In this document: piece by piece, positions 1 to 8,774 of the stretch
Numbering within the stretch: position 1 is the first letter of the stretch
Layout of the letters: each line of letters opens with the position of its first letter
NCBI GenBank assembly: GCA_021789435.1
Contig: JAJYJO010000002.1
Location: forward strand, 3,713 to 67,712
Direction: 5' to 3'
DNA from: Chloroflexota bacterium
GTDB taxonomy: Bacteria > Chloroflexota > Limnocylindria > Limnocylindrales > CSP1-4
Length of the DNA stretch: 64,000 nt
Notes under the pieces: model-generated
What the model was told of the DNA's origin: nothing
The model's database searches: none
The model's input: the letters and a program-made list of their open reading frames with translations, nothing else
Position numbers and translations under genes: made by a program

Positions 1-90
1 AGGCCGCGGAGCCGCAGGGTCAGCCAGAAGCGGCGTCCTGCCGGCCGTCGCCTTCTTCAGAGGGCGCTGGCCGCGCGTGCTCGGCCCCGC

Positions 91-927
91 TCAAGTGGCC
101 GGCTGCACCTGGCCCGCCAGCCACGCCCTCCAGGGCTGGACGCGATCGCAGAGCCAGGGAAGCGCGCCGAGCGCCAGCACCGGCCACTGACCCAGTGAGT
201 AGCTCAAGGGAAGGTGGGCGTTTGCCACGACGATGACGTAGTCCGGCCACAGCGGGAGGGTGAGGAGCACCGGGATGGCCGCCACCGCCAGGGTACGGCG
301 TGGCTGGCGCCAGCCGACGAGCACCAGCGGGCCCAGCGACGGCTTGAGGGCGATGAGGCCGGCCGGCCAATCGAGCCGCAGGCCCCAGCCCAGGAAGGCG
401 GCCATCCAGAGCGTGCTGTTCCCGTTCAGGACCGTGTACTCCATCTCGCTGTGCACGAGCAGACCGGCGGCGAACGGGTAGGCCCACCAGGGCGATCGCC
501 GGAGGAGCAGGGCCAGCAGCACCAGGGGCACGCCGACCCAGAGGATCCCATCGAGCGGGAACGGCAGAAGGGCGAACGGCGCCACGAGCGGGAGAAAGGA
601 CGGCGGGTGGATGAAGTCGCCGTACTGCGCGTGGAACGCCCCGACCAGCTCGAAGCGGGCGTACGGCGTACCCGTTTCGAGCCAGCGGAAGAAGCCCTGC
701 CGATACCCCTCCCAGTCGTGACCGATCGGCGGCCTCGCGCCCAGCCAGTCAATGGCGATCGCCGCCCAGACCGCCAGGACAACGGCCGTGCTCGCGAGCG
801 GAACGACGAGATACAGCGGCGGGACCGGCCGAGATCGCCTGAGGTCGCGTCGACCGCGTGCGACCAAGGCGGAGGTTTGCTCCATGATCAGGGAGCCTAG
901 AAGGCGGCCGGGAGAGCGACAAGTCAC
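91..927 (-). CDS. DUF2029 / GT87-type membrane glycosyltransferase (GT-C fold, polyprenol-P-sugar dependent mannosyltransferase-like); alternative start at 885
   Basis: Multi-TM protein with the family-typical 'LIALKPSLGPLVLV' (K-x-P) loop motif, as in the other four DUF2029 paralogs in the window. Stop at 91-93; lies downstream of the 990..2234 gene on the same strand. Confidence 0.55.
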   Translation of the reverse strand: MTCRSPGRLLGSLIMEQTSALVARGRRDLRRSRPVPPLYLVVPLASTAVVLAVWAAIAIDWLGARPPIGHDWEGYRQGFFRWLETGTPYARFELVGAFHAQYGDFIHPPSFLPLVAPFALLPFPLDGILWVGVPLVLLALLLRRSPWWAYPFAAGLLVHSEMEYTVLNGNSTLWMAAFLGWGLRLDWPAGLIALKPSLGPLVLVGWRQPRRTLAVAAIPVLLTLPLWPDYVIVVANAHLPLSYSLGQWPVLALGALPWLCDRVQPWRAWLAGQVQPAT

Positions 928-989
928 CCGATAGTGCTGGTCAAGGCCATAGGCGGCGGCCGTGGCTCAGGCGCTCCCGCCCGCCGCTG

Positions 990-2234
990 CTACAGGTGGT
1001 ACGCCCAATAGACACCGCCCAGGTTGACCAGGACGCCGATGGCGATCAGCAGCCTCCAGAACCAGTCGACGCCGTGGCGGGCGGCGGCCAAGCCGCAGAG
1101 GGCGAAGGCGAAGGGGATCGCGTCGAGCGCGTAGCGGTAGCCGTACTGCAGCCAGCCACCGCCGTAGTAGAGCAGGTCCGGCAACAGGACGATCGCGAAG
1201 GTCAGGGCCAGGGCCCAGCTCTGGCGGGAGCGCCAGTCGGCCCGCAGGGCGAGCAGCAGGCCCGGGCTCGTCAGGAAGATCGACAGGCCGAGCCCGTCCG
1301 GCTTGAACCAGGGGAATTCCGGGATGAGCTTCGGCAGGTGCAGGAACAGGTAGTCGATGTTCATGCCGAGATGGCTGATCGAGAAGAGACCCTGGTCGCG
1401 CAGCGCGGCCAGCCAGCCCGGCAGGGTCGCCAGCTCGTAGCCGGACTCGAGCGGTGAGCCGAAGCGGACGGCGTTGTACCAGAAGAAGAAGGCGACGGCC
1501 GGCAGGACGCCGAGCCCCAGGGCGATCCAGCGCCGCCAGGGCCAGCGCTCGGGCTCGAGCCAGGAGGGAAGGCGGAAGCCGGCGGGAGTCGCCTCCAGGC
1601 CGAGGTCGACCGCCGGCGGAGCCCCGACGGCCCAGGCAAAGTAGGGCACGGCGAAGGCCAGCGGCGGACGGGTCAGGAAGGCGGCCCCCACGAGCAGGCC
1701 CAGCAGCCACGGTCGGCGGGCGCCGAAGACCTCGATCAGGGCACCGAGCGTCAGCATCACCGCCATCAGGTGGCCGGTGTGCCAGACGCCGCCGCGGGTG
1801 GTGACCCACCAGATCGGCGTGCTCAAGGCGAGCAGGACGGTCAGCCAGAACCGGTCGCCGAGCCGGACGACGCCCAGGCGGCCGAGCAGCCACCAGGCCA
1901 GGCCCACGTCGGTCGCCGCCAGGCTGCCGTTGATGAGGGGCTCCCACTGGTGGGCGACGGCCGGCCCGGTGACCGCGACCAGCGGCAGGAAGGCGATCGA
2001 CGGAAAGGGTGGGAACGGCACGTAGTAGTGGCCGTTGTAGAAGATGACGTCGTACGGCCCCAGCGGGACGGAGAGCCAGGTCCGGCCGTGGAGAAAGGCG
2101 TCGGCCAGATAGAAGAGGTCCGGCCGACCGGCATCGAAGGCATGGGCGCTGGCCCAGTAGATGGCGAGGGCCACTGCCGAGAGGAGCAACCCCATGGCCC
2201 GAGCCCGCAGAACATCACGCATGGGCGTAGTCAA
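990..2234 (-). CDS. GT-C membrane glycosyltransferase, PMT_2/ArnT-like (GT39/GT83-like)
   Basis: 414 aa, about 10 TM helices, N-terminal periplasmic loop with acidic motif (RPDLFYLADAF), aromatic-rich loops. Non-GC-biased composition (Y, W, F) argues it is real versus the antisense ORFs 967..1947, 996..1457 and 1770..2276. Confidence 0.55.
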   Translation of the reverse strand: MTTPMRDVLRARAMGLLLSAVALAIYWASAHAFDAGRPDLFYLADAFLHGRTWLSVPLGPYDVIFYNGHYYVPFPPFPSIAFLPLVAVTGPAVAHQWEPLINGSLAATDVGLAWWLLGRLGVVRLGDRFWLTVLLALSTPIWWVTTRGGVWHTGHLMAVMLTLGALIEVFGARRPWLLGLLVGAAFLTRPPLAFAVPYFAWAVGAPPAVDLGLEATPAGFRLPSWLEPERWPWRRWIALGLGVLPAVAFFFWYNAVRFGSPLESGYELATLPGWLAALRDQGLFSISHLGMNIDYLFLHLPKLIPEFPWFKPDGLGLSIFLTSPGLLLALRADWRSRQSWALALTFAIVLLPDLLYYGGGWLQYGYRYALDAIPFAFALCGLAAARHGVDWFWRLLIAIGVLVNLGGVYWAYHL

Positions 2235-2541
2235 CGGATGCCCGGGCAGCGATCATGGAGCCGCCGCCACAGATGAGCATGGTCACGTACGGCGGTCCGT
2301 ATACCGAGGCTGCCCGGACGCTGACACGACCGCTCCGACCCACCTGCTCCGGGCCGGGACCCGGTCTTGCACTCACTCACCCTTCCTGGAGTCTAGGTCT
2401 TGCGGTTACTGTCCCGCCAAAGCAGTGATCGCGGGGTAACCATCGGGCTCCCCGCGGAGATCACCACTCTCCCACCTGCCGCACCCGACCGGTACCGCCC
2501 CGAAGACGTCAAGGTCAGGCCGCTCCAGCGAGGTAAGACCC

Positions 2542-3609
2542 GTGAGCCCGCGATGGCGACGCCCGGCGATGGTCTACAACTCGACCGCATGGCGGTGCTG
2601 GGCTTCCTGGGCACTCGTCGCCGGCGCCTCGGCAGTGCTCCTTGGCTCGCTCGTGCTCGAGGCGCAACGGACACTCAGCGCCCACTACCTGTTGGTCGAC
2701 TGGCGCACCTACGCGGCTGCCTTCGATCGGCTGGCCCAAGGCGCGAGCCTCTACGATCCGCGCCAGCTTCATGGGCCGTATGACCTACCGTCCGTAACCC
2801 TGACCGGGTACGCGTATCCACCCGTTGCGGCGCTGTTGTTCGCACCGTTCGCCTCGGTGCCATTGGGTCTGGCGACCTGGATCGCCCTGAACGTGGGCCT
2901 TGTCCTTGCCGGTCTCGCCGCAGCCATTCACTCCGCGTTTGGGCGGGTGCGGCCGGAAGCCGTGGCGTTCGCCCTGATCGCGCTCAGCGTATTCCCACCG
3001 TTTCGCGAAGGCGTTGCGGTCGGGAACATCAACGTGGGCTTCTCGGGACTGCTGGCCCTCGCCTGGGCCTCGGGTCGAACGGCTGGCTGGCTCGGCCCGG
3101 TCAGTGGACTCGCTGCGGCGCTGAAGGTCTTCCCTGGGTCCCTCGTGGCGTGGGCCGGTCCCGGCTACCGCACTCGGGCCCTTCTCTCCGCGACGTTGGT
3201 GGGAGCCGCCTTGGTTCTCGTGACTCTGCCTCTGGTTGGCGGCGCCAAGAGCTGGGAGGATTGGCTCACGGCTCTCGGCAACGCCCAACCCGCTTGCGCC
3301 CGGTGGAGCAACCTCTTGCCGTCGATAGCCTGCTCCCTGTCGCCATACGTCGGCTCGGACGTGGCCAAGCTGCTCGGCGGCGCTGTCGGCGCCACCCTCG
3401 CTCTGGCAGCCCTTCTCACGAATCGGACGCAACTCTCGCTGGCCTTGCTGACCGCGGCCTGGCTAGCGCCCGTCATCGACATGGATCCCTACTACCTCCT
3501 GACCCCGTTTGTCGTGGGTCTCGCCCTTCTCTTCCATCGTTTCGGGCGAGCCTCCAGCCGCGCCGTGAGTCCTGTGCCCCAAGAGGCCGAAGGCGACCGA
3601 GGAGGGTGA
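2542..3609 (+). CDS. DUF2029 / GT87-type membrane glycosyltransferase
   Basis: GTG start with GAGGT RBS 8 nt upstream. Multi-TM with the 'AALKVFPGSLVAW' K-x-P loop; divergent from the 990..2234 gene across a ~300 bp intergenic region. Confidence 0.6.
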   Translation: MSPRWRRPAMVYNSTAWRCWASWALVAGASAVLLGSLVLEAQRTLSAHYLLVDWRTYAAAFDRLAQGASLYDPRQLHGPYDLPSVTLTGYAYPPVAALLFAPFASVPLGLATWIALNVGLVLAGLAAAIHSAFGRVRPEAVAFALIALSVFPPFREGVAVGNINVGFSGLLALAWASGRTAGWLGPVSGLAAALKVFPGSLVAWAGPGYRTRALLSATLVGAALVLVTLPLVGGAKSWEDWLTALGNAQPACARWSNLLPSIACSLSPYVGSDVAKLLGGAVGATLALAALLTNRTQLSLALLTAAWLAPVIDMDPYYLLTPFVVGLALLFHRFGRASSRAVSPVPQEAEGDRGG

Positions 3610-3716
3610 GCCGGGAGTCTACCTGGCGGGCCTAGGGAGCCCGTACGAATGGTTCGCTCCCGCCGGTGATCGATCTCCTCTATGCTGCCCGGCACCCAAG
3701 TGGGACGAGGGGCGAA

Positions 3717-4430
3717 ATGAGGGATGACCGGCTCGGCGAGGCCGAAGCGCACGCCGTGGGACGACTGGCACTCCACGAAGGCACGCCCGCATGGGCTGAG
3801 TGGGTCAAGGACTACTACCGAGAAGTGGAGTCGTACGACTGGGTCGACGTCGCCGACCACTTCCGGGGCCCGGAGGCGTTCTTCCATAGAAATCGAGCCA
3901 GGGCCGTCCGTCACCTGATTCGAGAGCACGTCCAAAGGGGTCCGATCCTCGACGCCGGGTGCGGGACCGGACTGAACCTTCGTTCTCTTCCTGAAGGGTC
4001 AACGGGTCTTGACATCAACCCACGGAACATCGCGGTCATCAGAACCCGCCTTCCTCGCCACGAGGCAGTCCTTGGAGACATCGAAGCGATGCCCTTCGCC
4101 GATGGCACATTCCAGGCTGTGCTTTGTACCGAGGTCCTCGAGCACGTTCCCGATCCGAACAGAGCCCTGGCCGAGATCTACCGGGTGCTCGCCCTCGGTG
4201 GAGTCGTGATCGGCTCTGTACCCGCAAGAGCGCTGATATGGCGTCTGCGGTTCCTGTCCAGCACGTGCCCACATTCGGAGCCATTCCACCACGAGTACCT
4301 GCCGGCCGAGGTCGCGTCAATGCTCGACGGGTGGACGATCCGGGTCCTGCGCTACTCGCTCCTGCATTTCAACGTGTTGTTCGTCGCAGAGAAGGCCGGG
4401 CGGGAGGCGGCGGCTCGGCACCCATGGTGA
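3717..4430 (+). CDS. Class I SAM-dependent methyltransferase (alternative GTG start at 3666)
   Basis: Motif I 'ILDAGCGTGLN', acidic post-I 'LGDIEAMPF', 'VLCTEVLEHVPDP' and 'LALGGVVI' are canonical Rossmann MTase motifs. ATG 3717 has a GAGGGG RBS and a TATGCT -10-like hexamer at ~3681-3686. Confidence 0.7.
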   Translation: MRDDRLGEAEAHAVGRLALHEGTPAWAEWVKDYYREVESYDWVDVADHFRGPEAFFHRNRARAVRHLIREHVQRGPILDAGCGTGLNLRSLPEGSTGLDINPRNIAVIRTRLPRHEAVLGDIEAMPFADGTFQAVLCTEVLEHVPDPNRALAEIYRVLALGGVVIGSVPARALIWRLRFLSSTCPHSEPFHHEYLPAEVASMLDGWTIRVLRYSLLHFNVLFVAEKAGREAAARHPW

Positions 4431-4500
4431 TGAACTGGGCCAGTCGAACACCTTCCGGTGTCGTCGGCAGAACCGCTCGTTTGGCGGTCAGGGCATGCGG

Positions 4501-5613
4501 TCACGCTCCTGACCCGACATCGACGGACCCTGGGCAATCCGAGCTTCCGGTGAGCAATGGCCCCACAAGACCTGGCGCGAACGCCACCGGAATGATCCAC
4601 GGCAACGGCAACCACGCCGAGAGCGGGATCAGGACCGCCCACCACTGGCGCCGCTGGAGCAGCAGGGCGGTGGGGATCAGCAGCAGCATCGCGTAGTGGT
4701 CCCAGAGGAGCGGCGAGAGCAGCTGGCTGGCCACGGCGGTGACGACGTAGGCGGTCTCCGCATCCGAGCGGAGCCAGGCATAGGCCGTGATGGCGATCGT
4801 CAGCGCCATGCTCGCCCACTGGACCAGGCTGGCCGCCGCCTCGCTCGCTCCCATCTGGTAGGCGACCGCGCCCGGCGTGAAGTTGTGGGGCGTGGTGACC
4901 GGGGCGCTCACCCGCCGCAGGATGGCTACATAGTCGGACCAGGCGGCGAGGCCCGTGACCAGCGTCCCCGCGAGGGCGCAGGCCGCGATTGCGATCACCC
5001 CGATCGCGATGGCGCGCCGGCGACCGCCGGCGAGCGCCCAGCCGAAGAGGAGGCCCGGCTGGAGCTTGATGAGCGTGCCGGCGGCCATCGAAAGCCCCAG
5101 CGGCCCCGGCCGGTCCAGCCAGCGCCAGCCGGCGGCGAAGGCGAGGAAGAGGAGCGGGCCAACCTGGCCCAGCTTGATCGAGTAGAGGAAGGGCCACTGG
5201 AGAGCCGCCAGCAGGACCACCAGCCAGCGGACCTCGCGGCGGACCGGCAACAGGGCGACGCCTGCCAGGAACGCCAGGGCCAGCAGGACCGTCCAGGCGG
5301 TCACGGCGATCGTCCCGGGCAGCAGGGCGAACGGCACCATCGCCAGGGCGAAGGGCGGCGGATAGAGGAAGATCGCGAACCCGCCGGCGACATTCACGGC
5401 CGGGTCGTACAGGCGCGCTCCGTCCAGGAGGCGCTGCCCGGCGTGGAGATAGGCCTTGAAGTCGTAGCCGAGGGTCGGGCCGGCGGCGACGGCGATCACG
5501 GCGATCGCCGCTCCGTACGCCAGCAGGGCCACAAGCGGGATCAGCAGCGCCGGCGCCCACGCGGGGCGGCGCTCCTCAGGCCGGGCGATCGCCGTCGGCA
5601 AGGGCCGCGCCAT
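4501..5613 (-). CDS. DUF2029 / GT87-type membrane glycosyltransferase
   Basis: 370 aa multi-TM with the 'GTLIKLQPGLLFGW' K-x-P loop. Its start overlaps the 3' end of the upstream GT2 gene by ~38 nt. Confidence 0.65.
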   Translation of the reverse strand: MARPLPTAIARPEERRPAWAPALLIPLVALLAYGAAIAVIAVAAGPTLGYDFKAYLHAGQRLLDGARLYDPAVNVAGGFAIFLYPPPFALAMVPFALLPGTIAVTAWTVLLALAFLAGVALLPVRREVRWLVVLLAALQWPFLYSIKLGQVGPLLFLAFAAGWRWLDRPGPLGLSMAAGTLIKLQPGLLFGWALAGGRRRAIAIGVIAIAACALAGTLVTGLAAWSDYVAILRRVSAPVTTPHNFTPGAVAYQMGASEAAASLVQWASMALTIAITAYAWLRSDAETAYVVTAVASQLLSPLLWDHYAMLLLIPTALLLQRRQWWAVLIPLSAWLPLPWIIPVAFAPGLVGPLLTGSSDCPGSVDVGSGA

Positions 5614-6397
5614 GCCGGCCCACCCCCCGATGGACGAGCGGGATGCGGAACAGGTCCCAGGCGACCCTGGCCGCCAGCCCGGGCCGCATCCGCATGTGCG
5701 AGCCGGCCCGGTCCGCCCAGTGGATCGGAACCACCGCCAGCCGGTAGCCGCGGCGCCGGGCCAGGTAGATGATCTCCACGTCGAAGACGATGCTGGTCAC
5801 CCGCTGCCGGCCGAAGAGGTCCTGCGCCGCCGACCTGCGGAAGCCCTTGAAGCCGCACTGCGTGTCGCGGATCGGCCCCGTCACCCACAGCGAGGCCAGC
5901 GCCCGGAAGAGTAGGCCGATCAGGCGCCGGTAGAGCGGCTGGCTGGCCCGCATGTCGCTCCCGTCCGGCTGGATCCGGCTGCCCAGCGCCACGTCGGACG
6001 TCTCCAGGGCGCGGGCCAGCAGCGGCAGCTGGTCCGGCGGGGTGGCCATGTCGGCATCCATGAAGACGACCAGGTCGGTCTCCGCCGCGAGCATGCCCGC
6101 CCGGACGGCCGCGCCCTTGCCACCGTGGGGGACCGCCAAGAGGTCGAGCTTCGGCCAAGCGCCCGTCGTCTCCCCGGCTTCGGGCCGGCCGCGGACCAGC
6201 GCCGCCGTGCCGTCCGAGCTCCCGTCGTCCACGACGAGCACCCGGACCCGGCCCGGCAGCGCCTCCGGGCCGGGCGATCCCTCCCGGGCGCGGTCGCCGG
6301 GCCGGCGGAGGTAGCCGAACAGCTCGTCCAGGGCGCCGCCGAGGCGCGCCTCCTCGTTGTAGGCGGGCAGGACGATCGTGAGCGACGTGCCGGTCAT
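5576..6397 (-). CDS. GT2 polyprenol-phosphate sugar synthase (Ppm1/DPM1/GtrB-like)
   Basis: Motifs 'LTIVLPAYNEE', 'VLVVDDGSSDGT', 'GKGAAVRAGM', 'DADMATPPDQL' and 'DTQCGFK' match dolichol/polyprenol-phosphate mannose (or glucose) synthases. Start ATG 6397 (MTGTSL) chosen; the upstream 165 codons of ORF 5576..6889 are a low-complexity extension. Confidence 0.75.
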   Translation of the reverse strand: MTGTSLTIVLPAYNEEARLGGALDELFGYLRRPGDRAREGSPGPEALPGRVRVLVVDDGSSDGTAALVRGRPEAGETTGAWPKLDLLAVPHGGKGAAVRAGMLAAETDLVVFMDADMATPPDQLPLLARALETSDVALGSRIQPDGSDMRASQPLYRRLIGLLFRALASLWVTGPIRDTQCGFKGFRRSAAQDLFGRQRVTSIVFDVEIIYLARRRGYRLAVVPIHWADRAGSHMRMRPGLAARVAWDLFRIPLVHRGVGRHGAALADGDRPA

Positions 6398-6408
6398 CGG
6401 GCCGAAGT

Positions 6409-7458
6409 CTAGAGCCCGCCGGGACCGGCCGGAGCGACGGCCGGCTGGGGAACCTCGGCGGTGGCAACCACCGCCGCCCGGCGACGGGTCAGCCGGCGCC
6501 CGAGCGCGATCGCCGGGCGCTCCACCACGAGGTAGGAGACCGCAGCGACCACCAGCGTCAGGGCGAGCGCCAGGACGGCCGCCGGCGCGCCGGTCGGGCC
6601 GAGCCGGAGCACGGCCCGGATGACGTCCTCGTGCCACAGGTAGATTGCATAGGAGAGCCCGCCCGCCCAGGCCGCCCACGGGCCGAGGGCGGGCCGGCGC
6701 GCGACGCACCAGGCCACGAGCAGCATCGCCCCGGCCGTCGTCACCAGGTCGACCGACGCCCAGATGGCGAACGCGACCCCGAGGAGCACCAGCTGGGCCC
6801 CGGGAATGACCCAGAGCGGGTTGCGGAAGATGCCCAGGCGACCTCGCACGTCGAGGATGGCCAGGAGCATCCCCGGCACGAATGCCCACAGGAAGAAGGG
6901 CAGGAGACTCACGACCTGCGCCCGGTTGGCCAGCCCTCCCGAGAGGTCGTACAGCACCACGACGCTGGCGCCGAAGGAGACGAGGCCCAGGCCGGCCACG
7001 ACGCGAAGCTCCCGACCGCGGGCGAGGAGGGCGATGCCCGGCAGCAGGAGGTAGAAGCCCATCTCCAGCTGCAGGGTCCAGCTGACGCCCAGGAAGCCGT
7101 TGAAGAGCCGGGGATCATAGTTCTGGGCGAAGAGCAGGAACTCCGCGGGGTGATCCAGGAAGGCCTGGCTGCCGCTCAGCAGGGTCACCCCGACGAGGGC
7201 CACCAGGTAGGCCGGGTAGATCCGCAGCAGCCGCCGCACCAGGTAGGACCGGACGTTCCAGTCGCCGGCCACGAACGGCCGGTAGAGCAGGTAGCCTGAC
7301 AGGACGAAGAAGACGAGCACACCGACGCGACCGCCGGCGGCGAAGCCGGCCGCGGGGCCCAGGGCGGCCGGGTCCAGGATCGCCACGTGGCAGACGAGGA
7401 CCATGAGCGCGGCGATGCCGCGGAGGGCGTCGAGCGCCTCCAGGCGACGGCCGCTCAC
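6409..7458 (-). CDS. Acyltransferase family 3 (OafA/OatA-like membrane O-acyltransferase)
   Basis: Motifs 'RRLEALDALRGIAALMVLVCH', 'VLVFFVLSGYLL' and 'LGVSWTLQLEMGFYLL' are acyl_transf_3 signatures. GTG start at 7458 overlaps the stop of the upstream GT87 gene (GTGA). The listed 786-aa ORF 6409..8769 is a fusion artefact. Confidence 0.7.
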   Translation of the reverse strand: MSGRRLEALDALRGIAALMVLVCHVAILDPAALGPAAGFAAGGRVGVLVFFVLSGYLLYRPFVAGDWNVRSYLVRRLLRIYPAYLVALVGVTLLSGSQAFLDHPAEFLLFAQNYDPRLFNGFLGVSWTLQLEMGFYLLLPGIALLARGRELRVVAGLGLVSFGASVVVLYDLSGGLANRAQVVSLLPFFLWAFVPGMLLAILDVRGRLGIFRNPLWVIPGAQLVLLGVAFAIWASVDLVTTAGAMLLVAWCVARRPALGPWAAWAGGLSYAIYLWHEDVIRAVLRLGPTGAPAAVLALALTLVVAAVSYLVVERPAIALGRRLTRRRAAVVATAEVPQPAVAPAGPGGL

Positions 7459-8669
7459 CGCGCGAACTCCGCGTGGACCGCGGCGCGAGCCCCGCCGGCG
7501 ATCGCCGCCAGGACGAGGCCGACCGCCAGCCAGACCAGGACCGGGGCCACGATCGAGACGATCGCGGCCAGCACCGCCAGCCCCAGGACGACCTGGACGG
7601 CGAGGGCGCGGCGCCCCCCGGTCGCCAGCAGCCAGGCGGCGACCCCGAACGGGATCAGGGCCACCGGGTAGTGGAACCAGGTCACCGGCAGGACGGCGAG
7701 CGAGGCGACCGCCGCCCAGGCCAGGCTCTCCAGGGGGTCCGCCCGCAGCCATGCGGCGGCCACCGTGACCGCCACGGCGACCGCGGCCACGACCACGGCC
7801 AGCGGCCGGGCCACGGCCGGGCTGCCCAGCAGCAGGGCCAGCTGACTGGCCGGCCCGATGTTGAGCCGGGAGGCGAGGTCGGCCCCGGAGCTGGTCCGGA
7901 GCATCGCCACGTAGTCCGCCCAGGGCCCCGTCCCGAAGGCGGCCAGGCTCCCGCCGAGAACCGCCGCGGCCGTGACGACCGCCGCTCCAAGGACCGTCCA
8001 GGCCGGGCCGCGGCCGCGCAGGGCCCGCACCAGGAACCAGAGCCCCAGGACGGCGGGATGGACCTTGATGACGCTGGCCAGGCCGAGCGCGACGCCGCCG
8101 CCGATGAGCGTGGCCCGCCCGGCCCCGCCCGCCTCGGCCAGCGCCGCCAGGAGGACCAGCCCGTAGAGGAGGCCGAACCAGGCGTCCACGTTGCCGAAGA
8201 GGAGGGCCACGGCGAAGGGCGACACGAACGGCGCCAGGGCCAGGAGCGGCAACAGGACGGCGGGCGCCGGCCGCCCCGGGGCAAGGCGACGCGCCAGCAG
8301 GACTGCGACCAGGCCCAGGCCCGCCGTGGCGCCCACGCCCCACAGCGCCAGTGCCGCACCGGACGGAAGCCCGGCCACGGGGGCCAGCGCCTGGGCCAGG
8401 GGCGGCGGGTAGGAGTAGAAGAGGTCGCTGGCCTGGAGGCGGCCGGCCACGGCCGCCGGGTCGTAGGGGGAGCCACCGCCGGCGACGCGGCGGGCCGCGT
8501 CCAGGATCAGCTGGAGATCGAAGCCGGCCTGCGGCGGATGCTGGGCCAGCATCGTCGCCCCGAGCTGGAGCAGGCCGAGCCAGCCGACGCCTCCGAGCAC
8601 GGCCCAGCCGAGCAGCCCGGGACGACGGGCGACCATCGGCGGCGCCGCGGTGCGATCCATCCGCGGCAT
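7455..8669 (-). CDS. DUF2029 / GT87-type membrane glycosyltransferase
   Basis: Start ATG 8669 (MPRMDRTAAPP...). Multi-TM with 'LASVIKVHPAVLGLWFL' K-x-P loop. It is the real C-terminal part of the artefactual 1110-aa ORF 7455..10787. Confidence 0.65.
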   Translation of the reverse strand: MPRMDRTAAPPMVARRPGLLGWAVLGGVGWLGLLQLGATMLAQHPPQAGFDLQLILDAARRVAGGGSPYDPAAVAGRLQASDLFYSYPPPLAQALAPVAGLPSGAALALWGVGATAGLGLVAVLLARRLAPGRPAPAVLLPLLALAPFVSPFAVALLFGNVDAWFGLLYGLVLLAALAEAGGAGRATLIGGGVALGLASVIKVHPAVLGLWFLVRALRGRGPAWTVLGAAVVTAAAVLGGSLAAFGTGPWADYVAMLRTSSGADLASRLNIGPASQLALLLGSPAVARPLAVVVAAVAVAVTVAAAWLRADPLESLAWAAVASLAVLPVTWFHYPVALIPFGVAAWLLATGGRRALAVQVVLGLAVLAAIVSIVAPVLVWLAVGLVLAAIAGGARAAVHAEFAR

Positions 8670-8723
8670 CGTAGACCCCCGCCGAAGCGCCAACAGGCCG
8701 CCGACCGGCGGTCGGGGCGTGGG

Positions 8724-8765
8724 CCATTCGTACCGGTCGGAGGCGCCGGGACCCGGTGCTAGACT
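8724..8765 (+). promoter_or_regulatory. Promoter-like element CCATTCGTAC-N13-CCGGGACCCGGTGCTAGACT (extended -10 TGcTAGACT at 8757-8765) in the divergent GT87/GT-C intergenic region
   Basis: The -10-like TAGACT lies 9 nt upstream of the GTG start at 8775, so the transcript is probably leaderless. An almost identical element (CCATTCGTA-N..-CCGGGACCGGTGCTACAGT) occurs upstream of cpaB at 16610-16649. Confidence 0.45.
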
Positions 8766-8774
8766 GCACCGGCC

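Noticed and set aside
20-927. Overlapping ORFs 20..487(-), 214..900(+), 260..481(+), 426..782(-) at the window start
   Set aside because: All are alternative-frame or antisense reads of the DUF2029 gene 91..927. Only that frame gives a hydrophobic multi-TM protein with the family K-x-P motif.
6409-8769. 786-aa ORF suggesting a fused protein
   Set aside because: Composite: the C-terminal 349 aa form an acyltransferase-3 with its own GTG start overlapping the upstream GT87 stop. The upstream two-thirds is low-complexity RGAP-rich sequence in an alternative frame of the GT87 gene.
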